From the sequence record OR539218.1: 64,000 bases of DNA, one strand, 5' to 3'. Position numbers and translations under genes: made by a program. Numbering within the stretch: position 1 is the stretch's first letter; each line of letters begins with the position of its first letter. Below are positions 21,731-31,997 of the stretch, piece after piece. The notes under the pieces are model-generated. The model was not told the DNA's origin. It was given only the letters and a program-made list of their open reading frames with translations, and did not search any database. The DNA comes from Escherichia phage vB-Eco-KMB26.

Positions 21731-22880
21731 TTAACTGTTCGAGGTCAGTTTCTAAATCAGCAGCTGATTTACTTTTACTTTCTGGAGATTTAAATTTTTC
21801 AACCTTTGAGTTAATCAATTCATCAACTTCAGCTTCAACAATTTCATTACTATCAATAGCACCTAACTGATAAGCACGTTTAATAGCATCTCGGAATGGT
21901 TGATGCTTAAATAAAGGACCCCAGAATGTAGTGCAGTTAGTATCTTTTGCACGCCAAGATTTTTCTTCGCGAATCATCTCGCCGGTTTCTTCATCAAGAA
22001 ATTCACGAGCATACCAACCATTTTTAGGTTTTACCACAAATCCTAATTCTAGAGCCATATCTAACAATCCAGAATAAGGATCGATACCACCGTCAAATTT
22101 AACATCAATAAAGAATTTACTTTTTTCTTTAACGGTACGAGATTTTTCTACATTTAGAACAAATTGATACCCCTGAAGATCAGAACCATCTTTAATCTGA
22201 CGCTTACCGATAATGAATACGGTATCAGCCGAATACATTACGCCTGTACCACCTGTCATCACGGTTTTACTAAACATTTCAATGGTTTCAATTGTATGGT
22301 TAACTGCAACACATGGAATATTTTTAATGCTAAAATAAGGAGTAACAATACGGAATAATGACTTCAGTGATTTAGCACGAGTCATATCTGCCACAGATTT
22401 TTCATTCAAGGCATCTTCAGTTTCTTTCTTAGAAGCCATATTACCAATTGAATCGATGAATACAATAACTTTTTCACCACGCTCAATAGTTTCAAGCTGA
22501 TTCACCATATCAATTTTCAGCTGTTCAACTGACTGGATTGGCGTATGAATTACTCGTTCTGGGTCAACTCCCATAGACTTAAGATAAGCCGGAGTGATAC
22601 CAAACTCTGAGTCATAGAACAAACAGATAGCATCAGGATACTTATTCAAATAAGCTGCTACCATTGTCAGTGACATATTAGATTTAAAATGTTTAGAAGG
22701 CCCTGCGAAAATAGTTAAACCAGACTGCATACCACCGTCCAACGCACCGCTAATTGCAATATTCAGCATTGGAATTTTAGTACGAACCACATCCTTTTCA
22801 TTAAAGAACTTGCTTTTAGTAAGCTCTGCAGTCATTTTAGAAGTGGAAGCTTTAATCAAACGGGATTTTAAATCAGACAT
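21705..22880 (-). CDS. uvsX: UvsX recombinase (RecA/Rad51 family)
   Basis: 391 aa with Walker A (GPSKHFKS) and RecA-like core; size matches T4 UvsX. Confidence 0.9.
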   Translation of the reverse strand: MSDLKSRLIKASTSKMTAELTKSKFFNEKDVVRTKIPMLNIAISGALDGGMQSGLTIFAGPSKHFKSNMSLTMVAAYLNKYPDAICLFYDSEFGITPAYLKSMGVDPERVIHTPIQSVEQLKIDMVNQLETIERGEKVIVFIDSIGNMASKKETEDALNEKSVADMTRAKSLKSLFRIVTPYFSIKNIPCVAVNHTIETIEMFSKTVMTGGTGVMYSADTVFIIGKRQIKDGSDLQGYQFVLNVEKSRTVKEKSKFFIDVKFDGGIDPYSGLLDMALELGFVVKPKNGWYAREFLDEETGEMIREEKSWRAKDTNCTTFWGPLFKHQPFRDAIKRAYQLGAIDSNEIVEAEVDELINSKVEKFKSPESKSKSAADLETDLEQLSDMEEFNE

Positions 22881-22996
22881 TATATTTTTCCATAGGCAGC
22901 ATTATATTTTACTCATGTTTATAATAAAGGGTATTGTTATACCCAGAGTTTAACTACATCATATTTAATAATGAGATAATTATATCACCTTATCAT

Positions 22997-23110
22997 TTAG
23001 CATTTACTTTTTGATTTCTTACTTTCATAAAGGTCATACAGATACAATCCAGCAAGACTAACTGCGGTAAATATTCCTAAGCCAGTAATGAATAATAAAG
23101 GTCCTAACAT
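22997..23110 (-). CDS. small single-pass membrane peptide
   Basis: 37-aa ORF not in track (MLGPLLFITGLGIFTAVSLAGLYLY...) with GAGGT Shine-Dalgarno. Confidence 0.35.
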   Translation of the reverse strand: MLGPLLFITGLGIFTAVSLAGLYLYDLYESKKSKSKC

Positions 23111-23122
23111 ATTAACCTCAAA

Positions 23123-24199
23123 TTAAGCGGTGATATCGAGAACGCGAAGAAGCTCTTCTTGCCATTCTGATTTTAAACTTTGATACTTAAATAGGGTTTG
23201 ATGTTGTATTGTAATCAATTCCCGCCTCAAGCACTCATTGGTTTTTAACTCATTTACTAAAGTTTCAAAATCATTTTTATTCTTAACGTAGAATCTAGGG
23301 TCGTCAATAATAAGATGCTCGCTATCAAACTCTTCATCGATAAGCATCACAGCATCTGATGCCATGGCCTCCCAGACTCTAATTGTGATAAAATTATCAT
23401 TGTAATCTTTATCACCAATGACTATAGTTGCTATCGCTTGGCTATTCGTGTCAATAACCAAATTTGATGCTATTTTTTGACTGAATGATGGAGCTACATT
23501 CCACGGAAATTTAGGATTTTTAAACTGTTTCTCTTTAATAGTTCCAAACATTTTAATATTTAAATTGGTATCAAAAAGAAATTCAACTATTTTAGACTCT
23601 CGTTGCCCACCTCTAAACGCGCCGCAGTACACAACGTCATATTTTTTAATAGTTTGATTCGCAGGTTTAAGTTTCTGTGAATGAATAAAATATCTATCTA
23701 CAGGAAAGTAATCATACTCAAATTCTTTACCGTATCTTTCGGTTGTTTTCTTATGAGCCTTTTTAGCAATTTCTAGATTTCTGCCCTGAGATATTACTTT
23801 AAAGTCAGATGACACAAATAAGTCTTCATCTTTGTATTCACTTGAAAATTTCTTTCTGCGAACTACCGGAAGAACTTGCATAAATCCAAGACGGCCATCA
23901 GTAAAAATATAATAAATTTTACTTCTATATTCAGCCATCAATTTATATGAATTTAAAACGATTGGATTTTTCTTTCCACCGAAGAAATTGATAGCGCCAT
24001 TAATTACTATTAGTCTATCGTATGAATTTATATCAGTTACTACATCAAATGATATAGTGTATTCAGTATTTCGCATTGAAATTATATCAACGGAATGCCC
24101 TAATTCAGTTAAAGACCTGCCTATTAAAATAGTTTCGGCTGATGATACTATTTTAAAATCACTCACAGTATTACTTAAATTTAGAATAGCTATTTTCAT
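23123..24199 (-). CDS. HMC-DNA glucosyltransferase, beta-gt family (diverged from T4 beta-gt)
   Basis: 358 aa collinear with recalled T4 beta-gt (MKIAI...DRLIV...NFFGG...GQRESK...ITLRVWE...ASDAVMLIDEEFD), roughly half identical by eye. Confidence 0.7.
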   Translation of the reverse strand: MKIAILNLSNTVSDFKIVSSAETILIGRSLTELGHSVDIISMRNTEYTISFDVVTDINSYDRLIVINGAINFFGGKKNPIVLNSYKLMAEYRSKIYYIFTDGRLGFMQVLPVVRRKKFSSEYKDEDLFVSSDFKVISQGRNLEIAKKAHKKTTERYGKEFEYDYFPVDRYFIHSQKLKPANQTIKKYDVVYCGAFRGGQRESKIVEFLFDTNLNIKMFGTIKEKQFKNPKFPWNVAPSFSQKIASNLVIDTNSQAIATIVIGDKDYNDNFITIRVWEAMASDAVMLIDEEFDSEHLIIDDPRFYVKNKNDFETLVNELKTNECLRRELITIQHQTLFKYQSLKSEWQEELLRVLDITA

Positions 24200-25053
24200 G
24201 ATATTTCCGTAACTTCAACTTTGTGAATAGCATTAAACTTATGAAATGCTTCTGATTTTTCTTTACGCGAAACGCACATGCGAAGAACCTTTAATGGCTC
24301 GTCTTCTTCACCCAACGATTTTCGTTTTTCAATATTAGAAGTTTTCCAACGAGCTTGCTCTGGAAACTCTCTATTGATTTGCTCAAGCGCTCTATTATGT
24401 TTAGAATTACTACGAATTGAACTACACCCGCCAGGAGCTTGTGCTTTTCCAGATACAACTAGATATTTGAACAAGGCCAAATGCGGATAACCTTGATTAA
24501 TTAAATTGAGAAATGCATACATATCTTCGCATAAATCAATTTTTCCATACCCAATTTGTTCTGTCGTAAGTTTTCCGAGGTCATACCATGTATTCGTGAA
24601 TCCATATGAATTTTCACGATAATTACCCCAAGATGAAGTAATTTTAAAAATTGGTAGACGAGCATGACCGTGATAATACCCGCAATCCATGGCATCTTCA
24701 ACATATTGAATCAATTCATAGAACTGTTCACGAGTTAATTGATTAATTTTATCTACGCGCCGTTTATCGTCTCTCTTTCGTATTGAACTCATACGGATAG
24801 TAGTATCATCGTCAATCATCCAGATTCGTTGACCTGCATACATATCAGTAATTGCTTTACGAGTACCGGCAATTCCATTAACATCATCAGGAATAGTTAC
24901 AATTTTAGCTCTAGACCCATAGGCATCATAATAAGCTTTTTCTTCGTGTTCACGCACTATAATATGCGGTTCATAATCAGTCGGAAACATATCAAGGGCA
25001 GAAACTGCCCCGACACGTTGATAACTTGGAATTACGAATTGAATCATTTCCAC
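24196..25053 (-). CDS. second glycosyltransferase, GT-A-like
   Basis: 285 aa with N-terminal VIPSYQR and DxD-type WMIDDD motif; lies between the beta-gt homologue and gene 42. Confidence 0.55.
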   Translation of the reverse strand: MEMIQFVIPSYQRVGAVSALDMFPTDYEPHIIVREHEEKAYYDAYGSRAKIVTIPDDVNGIAGTRKAITDMYAGQRIWMIDDDTTIRMSSIRKRDDKRRVDKINQLTREQFYELIQYVEDAMDCGYYHGHARLPIFKITSSWGNYRENSYGFTNTWYDLGKLTTEQIGYGKIDLCEDMYAFLNLINQGYPHLALFKYLVVSGKAQAPGGCSSIRSNSKHNRALEQINREFPEQARWKTSNIEKRKSLGEEDEPLKVLRMCVSRKEKSEAFHKFNAIHKVEVTEIS

Positions 25054-25784
25054 TCACCTTTATAGTCTTTTTTCACAATATGAGTTTCGCCAGTATTCCA
25101 CCAATGATCAACCAAATAAAAATGACGAGAATATACATGAAGACTTCCAACATTCCATATAATAGAACCTGCTTTATACTGACGAGTTGAATCGCCTGCA
25201 TTCAAATCAGATACTAATTTATCTAATACGTATTTTTGCCATGCATAATCATTACGGAATCCGAAGACCACGTCATTTGAGCGCATGCTTACTACCGCAT
25301 TGACTTTCTTATCACGAATCAAGTACTGTACTGTATTAGTACACATGAAATCTGACATACCATCTTTATTGTAGTCAAACTGCATAGATGGACGAGTATA
25401 AATCATGATACCACGTCGAGAATCAGGATTTTGACCAAGTTCAGCTAAACACATATCATACTGGGCATAGTTATCTTCTGACCAAATAGCCCAACCATAA
25501 TTCGAGTTAATTTCGCCTTTAGAAGATGCTACCTGCTGCCAAATCTTTGGTGTTTCACCTGGAATATCTTTAACAAACAAACTCTTAGATTTATACCATT
25601 CAAGTTCACGCTGAATGTATTCATCATTAAGAGCGCCAAAAATAAACGGTTCATCTGCTACAAATGATGCGCCAATAATTTCAATAGTTTTAACACCAGT
25701 TTTATCAACTACGAAATCTTTTTCTTTTAATGCAAGCCCCAAATGAAGACGGATTTCTTCAACTGTCATAGAGTCACTAATCAT
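25044..25784 (-). CDS. 42: dCMP hydroxymethylase gp42
   Basis: 246 aa, thymidylate-synthase-like fold; size matches T4 gp42. Confidence 0.9.
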   Translation of the reverse strand: MISDSMTVEEIRLHLGLALKEKDFVVDKTGVKTIEIIGASFVADEPFIFGALNDEYIQRELEWYKSKSLFVKDIPGETPKIWQQVASSKGEINSNYGWAIWSEDNYAQYDMCLAELGQNPDSRRGIMIYTRPSMQFDYNKDGMSDFMCTNTVQYLIRDKKVNAVVSMRSNDVVFGFRNDYAWQKYVLDKLVSDLNAGDSTRQYKAGSIIWNVGSLHVYSRHFYLVDHWWNTGETHIVKKDYKGEWK

Positions 25785-25791
25785 TTAAACC

Positions 25792-25941
25792 TCAATTGAT
25801 ACATTCATATTTAACTTGTAACAGTAATAAACTCCAACCTAAAATAATAGTTGGAATCATAAGAGGAACCGTTACACTATAGTATATACTTATTATAATC
25901 ATCAAGATTAAAAGCAACACTGCTATAATTTTGCTTTTCAT
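25792..25941 (-). CDS. small hydrophobic membrane peptide
   Basis: 49-aa ORF not in track (MKSKIIAVLLLILMIIISIYY...); ATGA overlap with the imm stop. Confidence 0.4.
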   Translation of the reverse strand: MKSKIIAVLLLILMIIISIYYSVTVPLMIPTIILGWSLLLLQVKYECIN

Positions 25942-26189
25942 TCCTTCTCTCTGATGATAATTACCTGATTTGGTTGTGCAGACTTTTTAGTTTCACCCGC
26001 AATTGACCAAATAAATGTAATAAACCAACCAATAATTGACCAGTTAAACAGTAAAGATGTGAAAAAGATTCCTACTGTCGATTTTGACCCACGCATCAAA
26101 GCAATAAACCATGGAAGCATGTATATAATAATAGCCAACACGCCTGAAACTAAAACCATAAAAATTGAACCTGCTACTAAAGTTTCCAT
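25938..26189 (-). CDS. imm: immunity (superinfection exclusion) membrane protein Imm
   Basis: 83 aa, two transmembrane segments; size and position match T4 Imm. Confidence 0.75.
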   Translation of the reverse strand: METLVAGSIFMVLVSGVLAIIIYMLPWFIALMRGSKSTVGIFFTSLLFNWSIIGWFITFIWSIAGETKKSAQPNQVIIIREKE

Positions 26190-26196
26190 GTTTTCC

Positions 26197-26577
26197 TCAC
26201 TTAGTCAAATTTTTTACGCATGAATTATAAGAATTCACTACATACTCCATCGGAGCATTTTTACCAGTACGCCATTGGTAATTATTAGCCCAATTAGCCC
26301 AAATTTCGGCGCAGTAGTTTTCAATTTTTTCTTCGTGTGTAATTACATCAGAATTACGATATGCTTGAGCAGATTCATCTGGACGAATAGCTTCGTCAAA
26401 ATTCGCCTGCATTTGTTCGACTGTTTGCTTTGGAGCTTCTTTATAACACTTGACATTAGGATTATAAAATTTGCTTGAACAGTTTACAATTTTTCCTACA
26501 TCAGACTGATTTACTACCGGTCCTTGAGCTACACAACCAGTAAGACCTAATGCAATAACCAAAATAGCGATTTTCAT
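26197..26577 (-). CDS. lipoprotein-like secreted protein
   Basis: 126 aa with signal peptide and lipobox (LGLTGC). Confidence 0.6.
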   Translation of the reverse strand: MKIAILVIALGLTGCVAQGPVVNQSDVGKIVNCSSKFYNPNVKCYKEAPKQTVEQMQANFDEAIRPDESAQAYRNSDVITHEEKIENYCAEIWANWANNYQWRTGKNAPMEYVVNSYNSCVKNLTK

Positions 26578-26587
26578 AATAATTTCC

Positions 26588-26824
26588 TCAAATGCAAGTA
26601 GTAATTACTCCAGTAGTGCTTATGCAGGTATTACCCATTTGCACACCTAAAGATCCATTTGTATTCACATGAAGATTATCATCAATTTTAACTGATATTT
26701 TACCATTAGTGTGAATAACGATGCTAGATTCAATCACAGGTTGAGTATCATTTTCAACACTAACAAATGGAACTGCTGCTAATGCAACTAAACAAACTGC
26801 TAAGCATCCCATAACAATTTTCAT
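26588..26824 (-). CDS. small secreted protein
   Basis: Track ORF trimmed to MKIVMGCLAV... (78 aa) so the tandem promoters lie upstream; GGAG Shine-Dalgarno. Confidence 0.55.
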   Translation of the reverse strand: MKIVMGCLAVCLVALAAVPFVSVENDTQPVIESSIVIHTNGKISVKIDDNLHVNTNGSLGVQMGNTCISTTGVITTCI

Positions 26825-26861
26825 TTTATTCTCCAAATCCGTATCAGTAGTTGATAGTTGT

Positions 26862-26891
26862 ATAGTACCATGGAAGAACAGGGATGTAAAC
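26862..26891 (-). promoter_or_regulatory. T4-type early promoter, copy 1 of tandem pair
   Basis: Minus strand GTTTAC, 17 bp, TACTAT. Confidence 0.55.
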
Positions 26892-26907
26892 AGTTGTTGA
26901 TAGTTGT

Positions 26908-26937
26908 ATAGTACCATGGAAGAACAGGGATGTAAAC
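26908..26937 (-). promoter_or_regulatory. T4-type early promoter, copy 2 of tandem pair
   Basis: Identical to copy 1, 46 bp upstream. Confidence 0.55.
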
Positions 26938-27024
26938 AGTTTTGTGAAAATTTTTTAGGGAATTCTAAATGTCCAGAATCATCTGTTTTTCATAAGTATA
27001 GATTTATATTACTTGTATGAAAAA

Positions 27025-27040
27025 GGGACCCGGAGGTCCC
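27025..27040 (-). terminator. tetraloop hairpin 3' of gene 43
   Basis: gggacc-cgga-ggtccc, 14 nt after the gene 43 stop. Confidence 0.55.
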
Positions 27041-27053
27041 TAGATTTATTCTA

Positions 27054-29750
27054 TCAGCCAAACAGGAAGTCTAACGAAGCTTTTTCTTCATAGTCCATAC
27101 CAGCCGATTCACACATGCCCGCAAGCGGTTTAACAAACGATTTTTGGAACAAAGTTGAGTAGTCAATCCAAGACAGTACGTCAGAACGAATTTCTTTTGG
27201 AAGTTCTGTACCCGACGGCCAAGCAATGCATTTGTCACCAAATGGATTTCCTTCACGCAATGGAAGAACCATTACTTTATTTCCATCCAAAATTGGAGCT
27301 ACACCTAAACCGCTAACAGCTCGACGATAAGTTAGCACACCGCGAATATGGAACGGGCATTTAAATCCTGGCCAACCTTTATCATCATATTTCGCTATAT
27401 CGTTCGCAGTTTTTACTTCAGCAATAACTTTATAGTCAAGTTGACGATATTCTTTCTCGAAGTTCTTGTAGTATTCTTGGACAGACTCTTCACCTTCTTG
27501 AAGAATACGACGAATACTTTCTTCGAGAGCTTCTTGGACCGCTTTAGGCGTTGAACTCTGCTGAGTTTCCATACCCATGATTTTTAGATGCGGTTCAGCA
27601 AATCGTTTATCTTCCATATCATAAACGTTCAGAGCATAACGCTTTTTCGCTTTCCAAAATCCACCAATACCCTTTGAACCAAGTGGAGGGCAAGAAATAG
27701 CTTCACGGTCCATATGCATCAGATGCTCGCGGTTATTCATATAATCACATAACTCACGATATGCAACATCAATCATAGGTTCCATCTTTTTCTTACCGAA
27801 CTGATTCATAAATTCAACCAAATCGTTCTGCTCTTTGAATCGGTCAAGACCAACTTTTTCAATAACTTTATCTACACAAACATATACCGAATCAGTATCA
27901 CCTGCTGCGATGAAATCTTCGCCATTAGTTCCACATACTTTATTCAGATACTCATTAATTTTACGAGCAATCCACTGAATACCAACTTGGCCGAAAATTG
28001 TGATAGCAGTAGCATTTCGCAAATCATAGTAACGGAAATGAATATTACCAAGAGCACCATAAAGACTGTTAATAAGAATTTTACGGTTCAGCTGATTTGT
28101 ATTAGCAAGTGTAGCAGCTTTTTCACATTCCTCAATCAGACTATTAAGAACAGATTCAGTATAATTCGACAGTTCATTTAAGAAATCATCACTGAACTTA
28201 ACATATCGTTCAACTTCTGGTTTAGTTGAACAAGACCCTGCGCCTTTCATAATAATCTTTTTAATAGCTTCGGCATTCATTTCTTCAGCGAACATTTTCT
28301 TTTTCCAGTCTTTACGCTGGAAAAATACTTTAGCGATTTCCTTTGGAATGATACCTTCTTGATGCTTATCATACATCCATCCATTCGGAGAACAAGAATA
28401 TTCATCACTCGGTTTAGGAGCTGTTCCTGCGATATATTCATGAATTGGATGAACTTTAAACTGTCCACGAATAGTCTCAGGACTAATGTTAACCTGACGA
28501 ATAATGCTCGGATACAGAGACGTCAAGTCAAAACTCATAATATATCGACGAGCAATTGGTTTAGGTTCAAATACGAATGCACCCGGAAAACTCTGTTTAA
28601 CGTGCGAACCCTGTTGAGGAATAACCTTATGTTCACCTTTCAATGAGTTAAAAATAATAGCATCCCAAGTTTTAATAGGACTCATTACACCGGAAAAAGG
28701 CATTTTAGCGTAATAAGACATACTTAAAACTAGATCGATAAACCCGCGAATTTTATCAATTGCTTGAACTGATTCTACGTCAATGATGTTATAACTAATG
28801 TATCGTTGATGATTAGTCTCACGAAGTTTATTAATAGGACCGTCGTATGGTAATTTACCTTTTTTGGTTTCATGTTGAGCAACTGATTCCAAAGAGAATG
28901 ACGGCAAATTAGTAAAAGCGAATTTCTTGTACAAATCTAAATAATCAAGAATAGATACGCCATCAATAGAATAAATTTCTTTGCTACCGTACGTATTTTG
29001 AATTAGTTTAGATTTTACTCGACCGATTGGAGAGAAGCGTTTCATACTGCGTTCACCGAGAACCATTTTAACGCGATTCATGATATACGGAACGTCAAAT
29101 CCCTCAATATTCCAACCAGTAAAAATAGCAGGTCGTTTCTGTTCCCAGAGATTGATATATTCCATGAGCATATCACGCTCATTATCGAATGGCATATAAA
29201 TTACTCGGTCAAGAATTTCTTGAGGAACTTCATCACCACCTTCACAGTCAAGCTTAGCAGCTAACTTTGCATCCCATTTTGATACTGAACCGTACATTGA
29301 ATTCAAAAGGTCGAAAACATAAAAACGATCATCAATTGAATCATAATGAGTGATAGCATCAATTTCATATTCAGCTTTCATTGGATCAGGAAATTTATCA
29401 CCAGTAACCTCAATGTCACAGTTAGCTACACGAACAAATTTTCGGTCATAAACAATTTCTGAACCATACGTATCACTGATATAAGCGAGTTTAAAATCGT
29501 TCATACCAAGAGCTTCGAGACCGATGTCTTCCATTCGCTTCATCCAATCTCGAGCATCTTTCATTGATAGAAATTTTTGAGGAGCGCAATTTTTACCATA
29601 GATGTCTTTGTACTTTGACTCTTCCTTACAATGTCTAAACATAGTTGGAAGATATTCTACTTCGCGAGTACGTTCCTTTCCATTTTCATCAATATAACGT
29701 TCAACAATGTTATTTCCGACTGTTTCGATAGAGATATAAAATTCTTTCAT
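27054..29750 (-). CDS. 43: DNA polymerase gp43 (family B, 3'-5' exonuclease plus polymerase)
   Basis: 898 aa with exonuclease FDIE motif and polymerase DTDS motif; size matches T4 gp43. Confidence 0.95.
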   Translation of the reverse strand: MKEFYISIETVGNNIVERYIDENGKERTREVEYLPTMFRHCKEESKYKDIYGKNCAPQKFLSMKDARDWMKRMEDIGLEALGMNDFKLAYISDTYGSEIVYDRKFVRVANCDIEVTGDKFPDPMKAEYEIDAITHYDSIDDRFYVFDLLNSMYGSVSKWDAKLAAKLDCEGGDEVPQEILDRVIYMPFDNERDMLMEYINLWEQKRPAIFTGWNIEGFDVPYIMNRVKMVLGERSMKRFSPIGRVKSKLIQNTYGSKEIYSIDGVSILDYLDLYKKFAFTNLPSFSLESVAQHETKKGKLPYDGPINKLRETNHQRYISYNIIDVESVQAIDKIRGFIDLVLSMSYYAKMPFSGVMSPIKTWDAIIFNSLKGEHKVIPQQGSHVKQSFPGAFVFEPKPIARRYIMSFDLTSLYPSIIRQVNISPETIRGQFKVHPIHEYIAGTAPKPSDEYSCSPNGWMYDKHQEGIIPKEIAKVFFQRKDWKKKMFAEEMNAEAIKKIIMKGAGSCSTKPEVERYVKFSDDFLNELSNYTESVLNSLIEECEKAATLANTNQLNRKILINSLYGALGNIHFRYYDLRNATAITIFGQVGIQWIARKINEYLNKVCGTNGEDFIAAGDTDSVYVCVDKVIEKVGLDRFKEQNDLVEFMNQFGKKKMEPMIDVAYRELCDYMNNREHLMHMDREAISCPPLGSKGIGGFWKAKKRYALNVYDMEDKRFAEPHLKIMGMETQQSSTPKAVQEALEESIRRILQEGEESVQEYYKNFEKEYRQLDYKVIAEVKTANDIAKYDDKGWPGFKCPFHIRGVLTYRRAVSGLGVAPILDGNKVMVLPLREGNPFGDKCIAWPSGTELPKEIRSDVLSWIDYSTLFQKSFVKPLAGMCESAGMDYEEKASLDFLFG

Positions 29751-29810
29751 AGATATTCCTTAGTTTATAGCCCGAGTTATTAGGCTCTTGATATATTATA
29801 CTCCAAATAA

Positions 29811-29824
29811 GGGGCCGAAGCCCC
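29811..29824 (-). terminator. UUCG-tetraloop hairpin
   Basis: ggggc-cgaa-gcccc between the 87-aa ORF stop and gene 43. Confidence 0.55.
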
Positions 29825-29828
29825 TTGC

Positions 29829-30092
29829 TTAAATTAGTACTATTTGTCGGGTGAAAATTGTCAATCCATCTGCATTAATTGACTTAACGACTGCAGTAAA
29901 GTGTTTTTGTTCTGGGTGAACTAATTTTTGAAATTCTACCTGAAATTTTAGTTGAAGGTTTTCTGGTAAATCGAAAAGTGTTTCTGTTGCAGAAAGATTA
30001 TATTTTTCTTTAAGAGACGCCATGTATTCTTGCGGAGTTATAGCAGTCATATTAATTACCAATCGTATATTTAGGAACGAGTTTCCATTCAT
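29829..30092 (-). CDS. small hypothetical protein
   Basis: 87-aa ORF; the true start is probably an internal ATG since the 5' end overlaps regA. Confidence 0.45.
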   Translation of the reverse strand: MNGNSFLNIRLVINMTAITPQEYMASLKEKYNLSATETLFDLPENLQLKFQVEFQKLVHPEQKHFTAVVKSINADGLTIFTRQIVLI

Positions 30093-30420
30093 GTTTTTGT
30101 TTAAAAGAAATAACTCGGAAGTTATTAGTTAAATCTTTCATAAAAGTTCTTTGACCAGGAACGATTTCAATCAGTCCCCAATCTTCTAATAGCCATGCAA
30201 TCGAATCACGACGAACTTCATCTTCTTCTGTCATTTCAACCTGGCGACCATCCATACGAAGCATTTCTTTAAAATGAACGATATAGTATAGTCCTTTTTT
30301 CTGAAGAATATGACAGGACTGATACAGAACTTTATCTTTATTATTAGCAATTCCCATACGAGTCAAAGTTTCTTTTACTTTCAGAAAATCTTCAGGTTTT
30401 TTAAGAGTAATTTCAATCAT
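30052..30420 (-). CDS. regA: translational repressor RegA
   Basis: 122 aa matching recalled T4 RegA (MIEITLKKPEDFLKVKETLTRMGIANN...). Confidence 0.9.
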   Translation of the reverse strand: MIEITLKKPEDFLKVKETLTRMGIANNKDKVLYQSCHILQKKGLYYIVHFKEMLRMDGRQVEMTEEDEVRRDSIAWLLEDWGLIEIVPGQRTFMKDLTNNFRVISFKQKHEWKLVPKYTIGN

Positions 30421-30421
30421 T

Positions 30422-30985
30422 TTACCATTCCAATGCTAGTTTTTTGAGTTGTTTCTGTTCTTTTACGTTCTTAGTCACTTCTTTCAAAAAATCATCCGTG
30501 ACTAAACCTTTTAGTTCTTTTAATACTAAAGGAAGTTTTCCATTTTTAGTAAGAATTGATTTATAGTTAATTGCATCATTTGTATTAACTTGATACCGCT
30601 TAGCAAGTAACTTAATAATCAATACTTCGGTGGAATCTTCAACCAGTTTTGCCCATTTACCATATCTTTTACCACGAGGAACTGCAGCCATTAGATAATT
30701 AAAATGAGCTTCATCACTTAATCCAGAACCGATTAAATTCATAGCATATACAGCTGGCATGCACTCTGGAAATTGTGATAATGCATTTTCAACCATGAAT
30801 TTTGAATAATCTTTTTGAGCAATAGAGCATTTAGTTTTATTATTAATAGCTCCAATTATTTCAAAAAATTCATTTTCAGCTTTTTCTTTAAAAGAATCAG
30901 CAGCGGATTGGACAGCTGTCCAATCTTTTGAATACCAAGCAACTTGATGCTCGTTTAATTGAATATCATCTTCAAATAAGCTCAT
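30422..30985 (-). CDS. 62: clamp-loader subunit gp62
   Basis: 187 aa, position and size as in T4. Confidence 0.85.
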   Translation of the reverse strand: MSLFEDDIQLNEHQVAWYSKDWTAVQSAADSFKEKAENEFFEIIGAINNKTKCSIAQKDYSKFMVENALSQFPECMPAVYAMNLIGSGLSDEAHFNYLMAAVPRGKRYGKWAKLVEDSTEVLIIKLLAKRYQVNTNDAINYKSILTKNGKLPLVLKELKGLVTDDFLKEVTKNVKEQKQLKKLALEW

Positions 30986-30986
30986 A

Positions 30987-31946
30987 TCACTTCCACTGCA
31001 TTTCGCATGCTAATTGAATGAAAAGATAAGCTAAATGCAATTCAGTATTAGCTGCAATACCATGATACTGATTATTTTCGCCTACAATTTCGTACATACG
31101 AATAATACTCTGCGGAGTTACACGTGAATAGATTTCTTCGGCAAGTTTACCAACGAACCACGAATAATCAGCTGCATATTTTGGTGCTAAAGCTCTGAGT
31201 TGTTTAACATCTTTATTTTTGAGAGACTCAAGAACATCATCAATAGCACCACGATCGTTAGTAACCAGTGATAAAATACCAGCATCCAAAACACCTTTAG
31301 ATGAATAACTATCGAGCTCGCCAATAGTTTTACGAAAATCAGGAAAATTCTTTTTAACCAAAGCTGCTACAACTTTCATATCAGCTATAGCAATTCCTTC
31401 ATGCTTACAGATTTCAGTCAATCGACGAATCATCTGCTTCATCATTTCAATTTTATCTTCATCGGTCGGTTGACCGAACGTAATAACTCGGCAGCGTGAC
31501 TGAAGTGGTTTAATAATACCATCAATATTGTTAGCAGTAATAATAATACTACAGTTTGAACTATAAGCTTCCATAAAGGAACGAAGATGTCGCTGAGATT
31601 CTGCTAAACCTGAACGGTCAAATTCATCAATAACGATTACTTTTTGACGACCATCAAATGAAGCGGCGCTGGCAAAATTAGTCAAAGGACCGCGAACGAA
31701 ATCAATTTTACAATCTGATCCATTCACAAACATCATATCAGCATTTACATCATGACACAATGCTTTTGCTACAGTTGTTTTACCTGTTCCTGGAGAAGGA
31801 GAATGAAGAATAATATGTGGAATCTTACCTTTACTTGTAATAGATTTAAAGGTTTCTTTATCAAAGGCGGGAAGAATACATTCATCGATAGTAGATGGAC
31901 GATATTTCTGTTCAAGAATGTGTTCTTTTTCATTTACGGTAATCAT
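30987..31946 (-). CDS. 44: clamp-loader ATPase gp44 (AAA+)
   Basis: Trimmed to the ATG after GAGGAA (319 aa); Walker A GTGKTT and DEFD Walker B. Confidence 0.9.
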
Positions 31947-31979
31947 AATTTCCTCATTCAAGTTTTAGTGTAAATTATA

Positions 31980-31995
31980 AAGGGCCGAAGCCCTT
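31980..31995 (-). terminator. UUCG-tetraloop hairpin 3' of gene 45
   Basis: agggc-cgaa-gccct right after the gp45 stop. Confidence 0.6.
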
Positions 31996-31997
31996 TA

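Larger units (their letters stand above)
26850..26941. repeat. perfect 46-bp tandem direct repeat (2 copies) carrying an early promoter
   Basis: gttgatagttgtatagtaccatggaagaacagggatgtaaacagtt occurs twice back to back. Confidence 0.85.

Noticed and set aside
22881-22996. Promoter or terminator between the beta-gt homologue and uvsX
   Set aside because: A 6-bp inverted repeat (gggtat...ataccc) and a TATAAT-like hexamer are present but no MotA box or GTTTAC at the right spacing; too weak to annotate.
27071-27256. 61-aa minus-strand ORF inside the 3' end of gene 43
   Set aside because: Out-of-frame overlap with the DNA polymerase gene.
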